64,000 bases of DNA from Candidatus Altiarchaeales archaeon (GTDB lineage: Archaea > Altiarchaeota > Altiarchaeia > IMC4 > SCGC-AAA252-I15). The stretch is taken from positions 447,243-511,242 of the forward strand of contig WJMO01000005.1 in NCBI GenBank assembly GCA_014727915.1. The letters run 5' to 3'. A program made the translations under genes and the position numbers. The stretch's first letter is position 1. Each line of letters begins with the position of its first letter. Shown here in pieces: positions 48,179 to 59,757 of the stretch. The notes beneath the pieces were generated by a model. It did no database searches. It worked only from the letters and a program-made list of their open reading frames with translations, and was not told the origin of the DNA.

Positions 48179-49497
48179 CTTAGCCTGCCGCCGATCCTAG
48201 TGAAGAAGTCCTTCAGCTCCATGTCCGTTCCCTTCACGTCCTCCTGTATGAACTCGACCCCGAAGCAGACGCTCTTGACACCCTCCCCCAGCTTCTCCCC
48301 CTGATATATGTCCTTGACAGCAACAGAGGAGACCCTATCGTTGTCTTCGACTATGAGCTCGGAGATGAACGTCTCGTCAGCCCCCTCGGCCAGTATGACA
48401 GAATAGTCCCTGGATGTCGTCCCGTATTTGCCCAGTTTATAATCGAACATCTCCGCGTCACCCAGGACCTGTAGGTTGGAGAGTTTCAGAACGTTCCGTT
48501 TGCCCCCGTCCAACAGCACCACCTCATCTGCGCTAACGGCCTCGACCACGCCATAGTGGAGCACGCCGGAGTACATGTGCCTCAGACACATCTCCTCCCC
48601 AATGCTGTTCTTCAGCGTCTTCAGCTCAGCGACCAGGCTGCCGATGGCCTTGTCGCTCCGGCCCATGCTCCGCTCCGTGTCTCCGAAGTGCCGGGCGGCT
48701 TCGGCCATCATCTCCACGAACTCCGGCTCACGCTTCTCCCGGACTGCGCTGCTCAGGTCCCCGGATGCCTTCAGGAAGGCGTTGTGGACGTCAATAACCC
48801 GGGGGTTCTGCATCTGTATCTCGGCATACAAGTGCGGGTCCTGGCCGATTATCCGCCCTATCATGTCCAACATAAGCTCATATACCGGGCTTGAGAAGTG
48901 CCGGGACCGTTTCACGTCCAATTCCAAGTCCTTCAAGGTCTTACCCACGCTGATGTAGGCGAAGTGTGTGAGGCCCTGGACCACCGCCATGACCTCATCA
49001 TGTTCCTCGGGAGTGGAGTCTATGATCCTCGCATTATGCCTTTCCAGTATGTCTCTCAGCCAAGAGAGCCATTTTTTACCTCTCACCGGGGTTAGGACGA
49101 ATATCTGCCCGTCCACGCTGCCGACTCTCGGGCCGAATACGGGATGTGTTCCGATGACCTCCACGGCTTTGCCTGCATGCTCTGCCATGAGCTGGCAGGG
49201 CCAGCCCTTAACGGATGTCAGGTCCATCAGCAGCGATCCCTCATTCACAGCCGGTGCCACCTCCTTTATCGTATCCGCGGTGACTGCTATGGGGACTGTT
49301 ATAACGACTACATCCGCTTCCTTCACGGCGGTAACGTTGTCTTTCTCGTATGCGACACCAAGTTCCTTCGCAGCCTTCCTGCCCTTACGCTCTGTCGGGC
49401 CGGTTATGCATACATCACATCCCTCTCCCTTGAACAGACGGGCGAACAGCTGCCCCATACCACCGTATCCGCCCACTATAACCACGCGCACAACCAT
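48175..49497 (-). CDS. tyrA: Prephenate dehydrogenase with C-terminal extension
   Basis: GGYGGMG, DLTSVK, HPVFGP, EEHDEVMAVVQGLTH motifs. Confidence 0.92.
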   Translation of the reverse strand: MVVRVVIVGGYGGMGQLFARLFKGEGCDVCITGPTERKGRKAAKELGVAYEKDNVTAVKEADVVVITVPIAVTADTIKEVAPAVNEGSLLMDLTSVKGWPCQLMAEHAGKAVEVIGTHPVFGPRVGSVDGQIFVLTPVRGKKWLSWLRDILERHNARIIDSTPEEHDEVMAVVQGLTHFAYISVGKTLKDLELDVKRSRHFSSPVYELMLDMIGRIIGQDPHLYAEIQMQNPRVIDVHNAFLKASGDLSSAVREKREPEFVEMMAEAARHFGDTERSMGRSDKAIGSLVAELKTLKNSIGEEMCLRHMYSGVLHYGVVEAVSADEVVLLDGGKRNVLKLSNLQVLGDAEMFDYKLGKYGTTSRDYSVILAEGADETFISELIVEDNDRVSSVAVKDIYQGEKLGEGVKSVCFGVEFIQEDVKGTDMELKDFFTRIGGRLR

Positions 49498-49536
49498 CCT
49501 TATATTATTCAATTAGTAATATAATATTGATTTTCT

Positions 49537-51108
49537 ATGGCCTACGATGATTATGGGGAGCTCAGCCTGGAGCACGAGTACCATAATCTCGCCAACGACT
49601 ACTACAAGGTTGGCGAATTCGACAAAGCAATCGAACACTACAACAAGGCCCTTGAATTGAGGCCCGACCTCCTGGAGACCTACTTCAACCGGGGTTTGGC
49701 CTATACGCGCAAGGGCATGTACGACAAGGCATTGGAGGATTTGAACAAGGTCATAGAGTTGAACCCCAACCTGGCTGAAGCCTATTACACGAGGGGCCTG
49801 GTCCACGAGTACAAGCTCGAATATGACCTTGGCATATTGGACTATAACAAGGCCTTGGAGGTGGATCCGAAGTACACGAAGGCCGAGACCCAGCGGCAGG
49901 TGGCGTTGAACAAGAAGGCCAGCCTCCAGGCGGGTGGAGGCTATGGGGGAGGGGCTCCCGCTGCGACGCCCGGAGCGCCGGGAGGCCAGGAGGGGGAGGG
50001 GCTGACACAGTTCCAGGTCATGCAGAAGCCGGACATGCACTTCGACGACGTGGCGGGATTGGACAAGGTCAAGGAGCGCATATTCGACTATATCGTATAT
50101 CCTCTCAGCAACCCAGAGCTCGCCAAGAGATACGGGAAGGAAGCCGGGGGCGGTGTGATAATGTACGGCCCGCCAGGATGCGGTAAGACATACATCGCGA
50201 AGGCTTCGGCGGGGGAGTGTGAGAGCTCGTTCATCAGCGTCAAGATGAGCGACATAGTGGACATGTATGCCGGTAACACTGAGAAGAACCTCCACAACGC
50301 ATTCGAGACCGCGCGTGAGAACAAGCCCTGCATACTCTTCTTCGACGAGATAGACGGCATTGCAGGCAAGCGAGAGGGGATGGACCAGAGCTTCGAGAAG
50401 CGGGCGATCAACCAGTTCCTGCTGGAGATGGACGGCGCCGAATACAGCAACGAGGGCGTGCTGGCCATAGGAGCCACCAACGCGCCATGGGACATCGACG
50501 CCGCACTCAGGCGTTCGGGACGTTTCAGCAAGACCATATTCATCGGCGAACCGGACACGAAGACACGCCGGGAGATACTGAAGCTGCACCTTAAGAAGAG
50601 GCCCTACAGCAAGAAGCTTCCCATAGGCAGGATCGCGAGGATGACCGAGGGTTACTCGCCTGCGGACCTGGCGTCATTGGTCGATGAGGCGGCTACGATA
50701 CCCTGGAAGGAGGCTATAAAGACAGGTAAGGAGAGGGTCATAACTTTCAGGGACTTCCTAAAGGCAACTGCAGGAGAGGATGCTGTGCAGCCTTCCCTCC
50801 CAGCATGGTATGGCAGCGTGAAGAAGAAGCTCATCGAGGATGAAGACGACGAGGAAGACGACAAGTACAAGCATGGATTCCTCAGGGGCGTCTTTCTGGA
50901 CATAATCTCCCTTGAGACCCCGGACAGCCAGAGCCAGCCCGGCAGCAGGAGCCAGACGGTAAAGCACAAGAAGGAGCAGGAGGAGCTGTTGGAGGAGGAG
51001 GACAGGAGGCTCTTCAGCCACTTGATAAAGGACATCGAAAAACGCACTGACGGCCTCTACCAGATGACCCGGAAGATGAGGATAATGTTCGCGAGGCATG
51101 TGATGTAA
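49537..51108 (+). CDS. TPR-repeat AAA+ ATPase (Cdc48/Vps4 clade-like)
   Basis: Three or more TPRs, GPPGCGKT, FFDEID, ATNAPWDIDAALRRSGRF. Confidence 0.92.
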   Translation: MAYDDYGELSLEHEYHNLANDYYKVGEFDKAIEHYNKALELRPDLLETYFNRGLAYTRKGMYDKALEDLNKVIELNPNLAEAYYTRGLVHEYKLEYDLGILDYNKALEVDPKYTKAETQRQVALNKKASLQAGGGYGGGAPAATPGAPGGQEGEGLTQFQVMQKPDMHFDDVAGLDKVKERIFDYIVYPLSNPELAKRYGKEAGGGVIMYGPPGCGKTYIAKASAGECESSFISVKMSDIVDMYAGNTEKNLHNAFETARENKPCILFFDEIDGIAGKREGMDQSFEKRAINQFLLEMDGAEYSNEGVLAIGATNAPWDIDAALRRSGRFSKTIFIGEPDTKTRREILKLHLKKRPYSKKLPIGRIARMTEGYSPADLASLVDEAATIPWKEAIKTGKERVITFRDFLKATAGEDAVQPSLPAWYGSVKKKLIEDEDDEEDDKYKHGFLRGVFLDIISLETPDSQSQPGSRSQTVKHKKEQEELLEEEDRRLFSHLIKDIEKRTDGLYQMTRKMRIMFARHVM

Positions 51109-51109
51109 T

Positions 51110-51949
51110 ATGGACTGCCCCAATTGCGGCCAGACTGCTATAGAAGGAGACAGCACGTGCTGGCAGTGTGGTCACAGGCTTTCGGCGGCTGGCGAATCAC
51201 AAGTTCTAACAAGACCCGGAGCCGTGACAGGAAGACCTGCCGAATCTGCGAAGCCAAGGGGCACGCTGCCGATGACTGCTGTCAGGAAACGCGGATCCGG
51301 GAGAGCGGGGGAGCGCTCGTTCCTAGATAGGATACGGGCAGTGCTCACCCTGGACATATCAGTATTCGACGAGATAAGCCGCAGCCGGCCGTGGATGCAG
51401 ATAGGCGTGCTGATGGTATTCGGGCTTATCCTCTCCAGTCTGCTGAACCTATCCTATGTTATCTTACGCCCCACTCCGGAGCTGCAGCAGTTCTCATCCG
51501 ACATACTGGCAGTCTCCGTTCTCATATCGGTTGGCGGGGGCTTTGCACTATCCCTGTTCCTGACTCCCCTAATGATACTGATATCCTCGCTCATACTCCA
51601 CCTGCCCATACGAGTCTTCGGCGGTCGGGGAACATGGAAGGACACCACCGCAGTATGGGGGTATTTCCAGGCCTGGACGCCCGTGAACGTGCTCCTTGGC
51701 GGGGCGTTCATGCTAGCAGGGTTTGCCAGTATCGGGACCTTGGTGAACTTCCTCATCGGGTTGGTTATGCTCGCCGAGCTCATACTAGCAGTAGAACTCG
51801 TCCACGGGATCAGCAGAGTACGGGCGGCACTTTCAGTTCTAATCCCAGTGGCAGTTGTGATCGTTGTGGTGCTGGTGTTGTTCATCATACTTGGAGCCCT
51901 TGCCATGAGTGTGATAATGGCAGGACCTGGAATGGCAGGCGGACTCTAA
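51110..51949 (+). CDS. Zinc-ribbon + Yip1-domain membrane protein
   Basis: CPNC..CWQC and Yip1-like TMs (HLPIRVFGGRG..VHGIS..RA). Confidence 0.8.
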   Translation: MDCPNCGQTAIEGDSTCWQCGHRLSAAGESQVLTRPGAVTGRPAESAKPRGTLPMTAVRKRGSGRAGERSFLDRIRAVLTLDISVFDEISRSRPWMQIGVLMVFGLILSSLLNLSYVILRPTPELQQFSSDILAVSVLISVGGGFALSLFLTPLMILISSLILHLPIRVFGGRGTWKDTTAVWGYFQAWTPVNVLLGGAFMLAGFASIGTLVNFLIGLVMLAELILAVELVHGISRVRAALSVLIPVAVVIVVVLVLFIILGALAMSVIMAGPGMAGGL

Positions 51950-51993
51950 AAAGAGTCAGATAAAAAAAGAAAGAGAAAAGAAAGAAGAAGATT

Positions 51994-54726
<2,733 letters not shown>

Positions 54727-54826
54727 TTTCACAAACTCCGTTAATCACCGAAAACAGTAGATTAAAACAAGATTTCTATTATAAGAAAGACCGTTTATAA
54801 ATAATATGAGCCATACAGGGAATACG

Positions 54827-56197
54827 ATGAAGAAGACCAAGATACTCTGCACGCTCGGCCCGGCCTCCAACGACGAAGGAACGCTCTCCCGGATGGTCGG
54901 GAAGGGTATGAACGCCGCGAGGATAAACACAGCCTACGGTGACAGAAGCGATTATGCACGTCTGATACGCCTGGTCAGGCGCGTTTCTGACATACCCGTC
55001 GTCTTGGACATCAAAGGCCCGGAGATACGGGTCAGATGCGATGAGGATGTGGAAATGGGCAGAGGCCAGGTCATCACTGTGGGTTCGGCCAGAAAGGAGG
55101 GGATATGGTTCAACAGGGGCATACACGACCAGGTCAGGTTGGGGGATAGGGTCTTGCTGGGCGATGGCAGGGTGGAGACAGTGGTCGAGGGAATAACGGG
55201 CTCACGTATCGACCTCAGGTCCGAATGCGAATGCACGTTGACCGACGGCATGGGAGTGAACGTCCCGGGCAGGAAGCTGGAGATGCCGACTTTGTCCGAA
55301 CGGGACCTTGAAGCAGTCAATTTAGCCAAGAAGGAGGGTGTCGAGTACATTGCACTCTCTTTCACCCGCGACAAGGAGGATGTGAGAAGGCTGAAGAAGA
55401 GGATCGGGAAGTCTGACATATCAGTCATCGCCAAGATAGAGAACCGTGACGGCGTAGATAACGTCGATTCCATAATAAGGGAGTGCGAGGGCGTTATGAT
55501 AGCCCGCGGGGACCTCGGGGTTGAGATACCCTCCGAGGAGATACCCCTACTGCAGAAGGAGCTGATAACGAAGTGCAACCGCCAGGGGAAGATATCCATA
55601 GTCGCGACGGAGATGCTCCAGTCGATGGTCAAAAACCCGAAGCCGACCCGGGCGGAGACGAGCGACGTCGCCAACGCCGTCATCGACGGTGCTGACGCGC
55701 TGATGCTGTCAGCCGAATCCGCGGTGGGCGGTTACCCTGTCGAGTCAGTGGATGCCATGTCCAAGATCGCCTTGAATGTCGAATCTCACCTGCCGATAAA
55801 GCCCCTTGACGAGGAAGTTCACGACCCTATATCACTTGCGATATCCAAGGCTGTGACCACCATAATCGAAACGGTCGACGTGGATAAGATAGTGGTGGCC
55901 ACCCACTCAGGATATACTGCGATGCTGATCTCTAACTTCAGGGCGTGCAAGGACATAATCGCCATAACGGACAGTCCCATGACTATGAAGAAACTGCATC
56001 TGGTATATGCCGTTCGTCCGGTGCAGCACACTCTCTTCAAGGAGAAGAACAAGGTCCAGGAGATGGGCAAGTTCTGCCTGGAGAACGGGCTGGTGGCCAA
56101 GGCGGACATGGTTCTTTTCACCGCGGGAGTCTACACCAGGAAGCAGATGACCAATCTCGTGGAGATACACAAGGTGAAAGAGCTGGTAGAATACTAG
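54827..56197 (+). CDS. pyk: Pyruvate kinase
   Basis: KTKILCTLGP, AKIE, MIARGDLGVE, PTRAE motifs. Start could be 54806. Confidence 0.96.
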   Translation: MKKTKILCTLGPASNDEGTLSRMVGKGMNAARINTAYGDRSDYARLIRLVRRVSDIPVVLDIKGPEIRVRCDEDVEMGRGQVITVGSARKEGIWFNRGIHDQVRLGDRVLLGDGRVETVVEGITGSRIDLRSECECTLTDGMGVNVPGRKLEMPTLSERDLEAVNLAKKEGVEYIALSFTRDKEDVRRLKKRIGKSDISVIAKIENRDGVDNVDSIIRECEGVMIARGDLGVEIPSEEIPLLQKELITKCNRQGKISIVATEMLQSMVKNPKPTRAETSDVANAVIDGADALMLSAESAVGGYPVESVDAMSKIALNVESHLPIKPLDEEVHDPISLAISKAVTTIIETVDVDKIVVATHSGYTAMLISNFRACKDIIAITDSPMTMKKLHLVYAVRPVQHTLFKEKNKVQEMGKFCLENGLVAKADMVLFTAGVYTRKQMTNLVEIHKVKELVEY

Positions 56198-56198
56198 C

Positions 56199-56603
56199 CT
56201 AGTCGCCGCCCTTAGCCTGTGTGATCTTCTTCTTGTCGCTCCATTGGAGGTACATGACCTCGGCGCCCTCCTTTATGAACGATTTGATCTCGGCATCGTC
56301 TGGCATGGGCATCTCGAAGGTCTCATAGGATTCCATGTCCATCATCTGGAGCTTGTCCCCGACGACTGCCAGAACCTGGGCGGTCCGCTTGTCCATCATG
56401 GGGACCTCCGCCTTGTCGCTGGCCGGCTTTATCATGCTCTTCTTCGTGTCCTCGAATATCCCCATAGCGTCTATCCTGACCCGCGCTCCCCCGTGCTTTC
56501 CGGGCTTGCTGTGGGTCATACTCTGGATCTTGCAGGGTACGCCGTCGATGAGTATGTACTTGCCAACCTTTAACGTCCGAACTTCAACGATCTTCTTCTC
56601 CAT
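56199..56603 (-). CDS. eif5a: Translation factor aIF5A
   Basis: SKPGKHG hypusine motif. Confidence 0.96.
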   Translation of the reverse strand: MEKKIVEVRTLKVGKYILIDGVPCKIQSMTHSKPGKHGGARVRIDAMGIFEDTKKSMIKPASDKAEVPMMDKRTAQVLAVVGDKLQMMDMESYETFEMPMPDDAEIKSFIKEGAEVMYLQWSDKKKITQAKGGD

Positions 56604-56715
56604 GACTCTCAGCCTCTAGAATCTTGAGAATAAATATGGGAGACAGCCTTAAAAAGGGTTGTAACATGATTTAAATATTTGTCTGAGAATAACATTGTCA
56701 AAGCGGTGAATTGAA

Positions 56716-57399
56716 ATGAAAAGGATTGTGTTTTTTATGGTTTTTATGGTATTTGCAAGCGCGTGCATCGGCTCCGGCGAAAGCAAGGGAACGGAGCAGG
56801 GGCAATCCCAGGCTGGTGAAGGCAACCAGCAGATGCAGGGACAGAACCAAGGCCAGGGACAGGGCAGCGGGTCGGGCGGCCAGGGGATGGTGGACAACGT
56901 TGTTGACATGGCCACCGCACTCGCTTCAGGCCAGTCGTACAGGTGCACTTACAGGTATGAGAAAAGCCAGGCCGAGACATGGATAAAGGGGAAAAAGTAC
57001 AAGTCAGTGGTCCAGGCCGAAGGCATGAAGGTCAACACCGTCAGCGACGGGGAATGGGCATACCAGTGGATGGAAGGCGAGACGTCAGGGACCAAATTCA
57101 GGCTATCAGACTTTGAGAGCATGGAGGAAGAGGCGGAGCAGGTCCAGTACCAGGACATAGAGACGGTCGCGTCAGTCGCGGTCAACGTGGATTGCAGGCC
57201 CGAAGCCATCGGCGACAGCACCTTCAACCCGCCGGGGAACGTCCAATTCCAGGACCTGGGTGAGATGCTGAGGCAGCTTCAGAACATGCATGGCGGAGGC
57301 GGAATGCCAGGGTCTGTTGAGACAACCTGTGAAACCTGCGAGTACATACCTGAGGGGCCGGGTAAACAGCAGTGCCTAAGGGACTGTGGGGCCATGTGA
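56716..57399 (+). CDS. Putative lipoprotein
   Basis: Lipobox-like ASAC, Gln/Gly-rich linker, C-terminal CxxC..CxxxC. Confidence 0.75.
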   Translation: MKRIVFFMVFMVFASACIGSGESKGTEQGQSQAGEGNQQMQGQNQGQGQGSGSGGQGMVDNVVDMATALASGQSYRCTYRYEKSQAETWIKGKKYKSVVQAEGMKVNTVSDGEWAYQWMEGETSGTKFRLSDFESMEEEAEQVQYQDIETVASVAVNVDCRPEAIGDSTFNPPGNVQFQDLGEMLRQLQNMHGGGGMPGSVETTCETCEYIPEGPGKQQCLRDCGAM

Positions 57400-57430
57400 A
57401 CGGCCCCCGCAAAACCCCAAAAAACACAAG

Positions 57431-57439
57431 TTTTATATA
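57431..57439 (+). promoter_or_regulatory. TATA box
   Basis: TTTTATATA with A-rich upstream, ending ~21 nt before the end-paired RNA. Confidence 0.6.
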
Positions 57440-57459
57440 GGGGTAGTCTTATTGATATT

Positions 57460-57577
57460 TGGTGGGTTGGGTTGAGATGTCATTCTGGTATTCAGGGAAA
57501 CACCTCCTATTCAGGTATTCTGGATTACCACATTTAGAGACCAACCTCATTTCATGATGGCAGCAACCCGCCCACCA
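57460..57577 (+). ncRNA. Candidate ~118-nt end-paired ncRNA with internal repeated motifs
   Basis: UGGUGGG/CCCACCA, UGGGUUG/CAACCCG and UGUCAUU/GAUGGCA stems. Own TATA and downstream T run. Confidence 0.55.
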
Positions 57578-57639
57578 CAGGCTCATATGACCTTTTTATT
57601 CTGGCTTCGAATAATAGTTCTTCCAACAGGGTTGATCTT

Positions 57640-58095
57640 ATGGAAAAGCTTGTTAGGCCTTCCTGGGACGAGTATTTCGCGAGGATAGTCGAGGACGTCG
57701 CCCGCAGGAGCACATGCTTCAAACGGCAGATAGGTGCCATAGTCGTGAACCAAGACCATGAGATCGTCGCGACCGGCTTCAACGGCAACGTGCGGGGTGC
57801 TAAGCACTGTGATGAGGTAGGGTGCATAAAGGACGAGATGGGTTTGAAGAGCGGGGAAGGTCAGGAGTGGTGCACTGCAGTCCACGCCGAGCAGAACGCC
57901 CTGCTCCAAGCCGGGAAGCAATCGAGGGGTTCTGCGCTTTACGTTAACGCGTTCCCCTGCAAGATATGCGCGCGCCTGATAGTAAATGCGGGCATCAGGA
58001 AGGTTGTCATAAGCGGGGAGTACACGGACAAGGACGGGCTCAAGATACTTGAGGAGATGGGTGTGGAAGTCGCTCATGTGGTGATTGGGAGATGA
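57640..58095 (+). CDS. dCMP deaminase family (ComEB-like)
   Basis: RPSWDEYF, RSTC, HAEQNA, PCKIC motifs. Confidence 0.92.
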   Translation: MEKLVRPSWDEYFARIVEDVARRSTCFKRQIGAIVVNQDHEIVATGFNGNVRGAKHCDEVGCIKDEMGLKSGEGQEWCTAVHAEQNALLQAGKQSRGSALYVNAFPCKICARLIVNAGIRKVVISGEYTDKDGLKILEEMGVEVAHVVIGR

Positions 58096-58634
58096 GGCTG
58101 ATAGTTGGTTTGATTGGCAGGATCGCATCCGGTAAGAGCATCGTCGCAGACCACCTGGTAAAGGAGCATGGAGCGAGCTACTACAGGTTCAGCGATGTCC
58201 TCAGGGATATGCTGCTGAGGCTTCAGATGCCCAACACAAGGGAGAACCTCCAGAACATGGGGTTAGCGCTGAGGAGACTGTTCGGGGATGGCATCCTCGC
58301 CGAAGCCTTGAAAGCCGACATCGAGGAGGATGGGAGCGGTCTCATAGTGGTCGACGGCATACGCTACCAGGACGAGTTCGACATGGTGAAAGACTTAGGA
58401 GGCGTTATATTGCATGTTACTTCTCCTGAGAGGGTCAGGTATGAGCGTGTCCTCAAACGCGCCACCAGGGGAGAGGCGGAGATAAGCTTCGAAGAGTTCA
58501 AACGGAACGAAGACAAGGAGACCGAACGCCTAATCGACGAACTCGGAGAGAACTCCGACCATACCATCGAGAACAATGGCACGATAGACGGGCTTAAAAG
58601 GCAGGTTGAAGATTTCGTAAGAGATAACTCCTAG
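58092..58634 (+). CDS. P-loop nucleotide kinase (CoaE/dNMP kinase-like)
   Basis: GRIASGKS, VDGIR, IENNGT motifs. Confidence 0.8.
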   Translation: MRLIVGLIGRIASGKSIVADHLVKEHGASYYRFSDVLRDMLLRLQMPNTRENLQNMGLALRRLFGDGILAEALKADIEEDGSGLIVVDGIRYQDEFDMVKDLGGVILHVTSPERVRYERVLKRATRGEAEISFEEFKRNEDKETERLIDELGENSDHTIENNGTIDGLKRQVEDFVRDNS

Positions 58635-58636
58635 CT

Positions 58637-59191
58637 TTACCTCACCATCAGAGTCACTGTATTGGGCCTTATCACATCCGTGTTGGGGTACAGGCGCAGA
58701 AGCTCCTCTTCGATCCGGTCTAAAACGGCGATCTTGACCATGAGATTCCTGAACTTAGGGTCAGGTATGTAGTCGCTGAGCTTGATGTCGTGCACGGTGT
58801 ATCTCCGCTTGTTGTAGGCTTCAATCGCCGCCCTTGTTATGTGCTCGGGGTTCACGTTCATCCCATACACGATAACGACCTTTTTAGGCTTTACAGGCAG
58901 CCTTTTAGGCAGTATTATCTCTATCTTGGGCTTTCTTGCGCGTTTCTTGGGCTTTTTGACCGGCTTCCTTGCTTTCTCAGCCTTTTTAACCTTTTTGGCG
59001 GGTTTCCTCTTGACTTTGGCTTTTTTAACGGTTTTAACCCGGGTTTTGGATTTTTTAGCGGTCTTTTTCTTCACTTTCTTCCTGGCTTTTTTCTTGACTT
59101 TCTTGCGGGGTTTTCTCTTTAAAGCCTTCTTTTTAGAGGATTTAGCCTTTCTAGCAGTTTTTCTCTTTGCCTTCTTCTTCCTTCCAGCCAT
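58637..59191 (-). CDS. Lys/Arg/Ala-rich histone-H1-like N-terminus plus small globular C-terminal domain
   Basis: Start MAGRKKKAKRK, about 100 residues of K-rich low complexity. Confidence 0.75.
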   Translation of the reverse strand: MAGRKKKAKRKTARKAKSSKKKALKRKPRKKVKKKARKKVKKKTAKKSKTRVKTVKKAKVKRKPAKKVKKAEKARKPVKKPKKRARKPKIEIILPKRLPVKPKKVVIVYGMNVNPEHITRAAIEAYNKRRYTVHDIKLSDYIPDPKFRNLMVKIAVLDRIEEELLRLYPNTDVIRPNTVTLMVR

Positions 59192-59419
59192 ATTCCACCG
59201 TAACCTAATATGAGTTTCGAAATAAAAGCAGAGAAAAACTTGCCGTAAAGTTATTTTTCCACTGGAGACTAGGAAAAACCGCTTATATGCAGGATCCAAG
59301 GATTATAAAAGTCAAACGCTTGGGGGTTGGTTGGCTGAATACCCGCTAAAATGGAGCCTAACATGATATTGGACAGGGTGTACATGGCTGCCCTCGCAAT
59401 GGTGGCATTGGCAGCTCAC

Positions 59420-59725
59420 CTAATATGATACCCCCTTCAGGTTGACGGTGCGTCCCTTCTTAACCGACCTTATCTTCGGTTTTATCCTCTTTCGGGTTCC
59501 GCTCAACCTCCTCTTCTTCTTGCTGAGATGCTTTGTCTCCTCCTTCAGCCGCTTCCGCTTCTCTGACTCCCTCTTCTGCGGTCTCCGGGACTCCCTTATC
59601 TCGAAATAGACCGAGAGCGGGTCAGCCTTAAGATGGTATAGTGTGTTGGTGTCAAGCAGGTGGGATAGGTGCTTCAGTATCTCCTCCTTCTTCTGGTTGC
59701 TGAATCGCTTGCCCGCCTTGGCCAT
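59420..59725 (-). CDS. Small highly basic protein
   Basis: 101-aa ORF, K/R-rich C-terminal half. Confidence 0.6.
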   Translation of the reverse strand: MAKAGKRFSNQKKEEILKHLSHLLDTNTLYHLKADPLSVYFEIRESRRPQKRESEKRKRLKEETKHLSKKKRRLSGTRKRIKPKIRSVKKGRTVNLKGVSY

Positions 59726-59757
59726 ACCTTATTACTTGCCTTACCAGAATAAAACGG

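Noticed and set aside
49513-50589. 358-aa - strand ORF
   Set aside because: Antisense shadow of the TPR-AAA gene.
57460-57577. 5S rRNA or tRNA (size ~120 nt, ends in ACCA)
   Set aside because: Lacks the 5S CCGAAC loop and the tRNA D/T-loop motifs, and the CCA is base-paired.
59257-59270. TTCCACTGGAGAC resembling an ORB element
   Set aside because: Single copy, no adjacent G-string, no cdc6 and no clear unwinding element.
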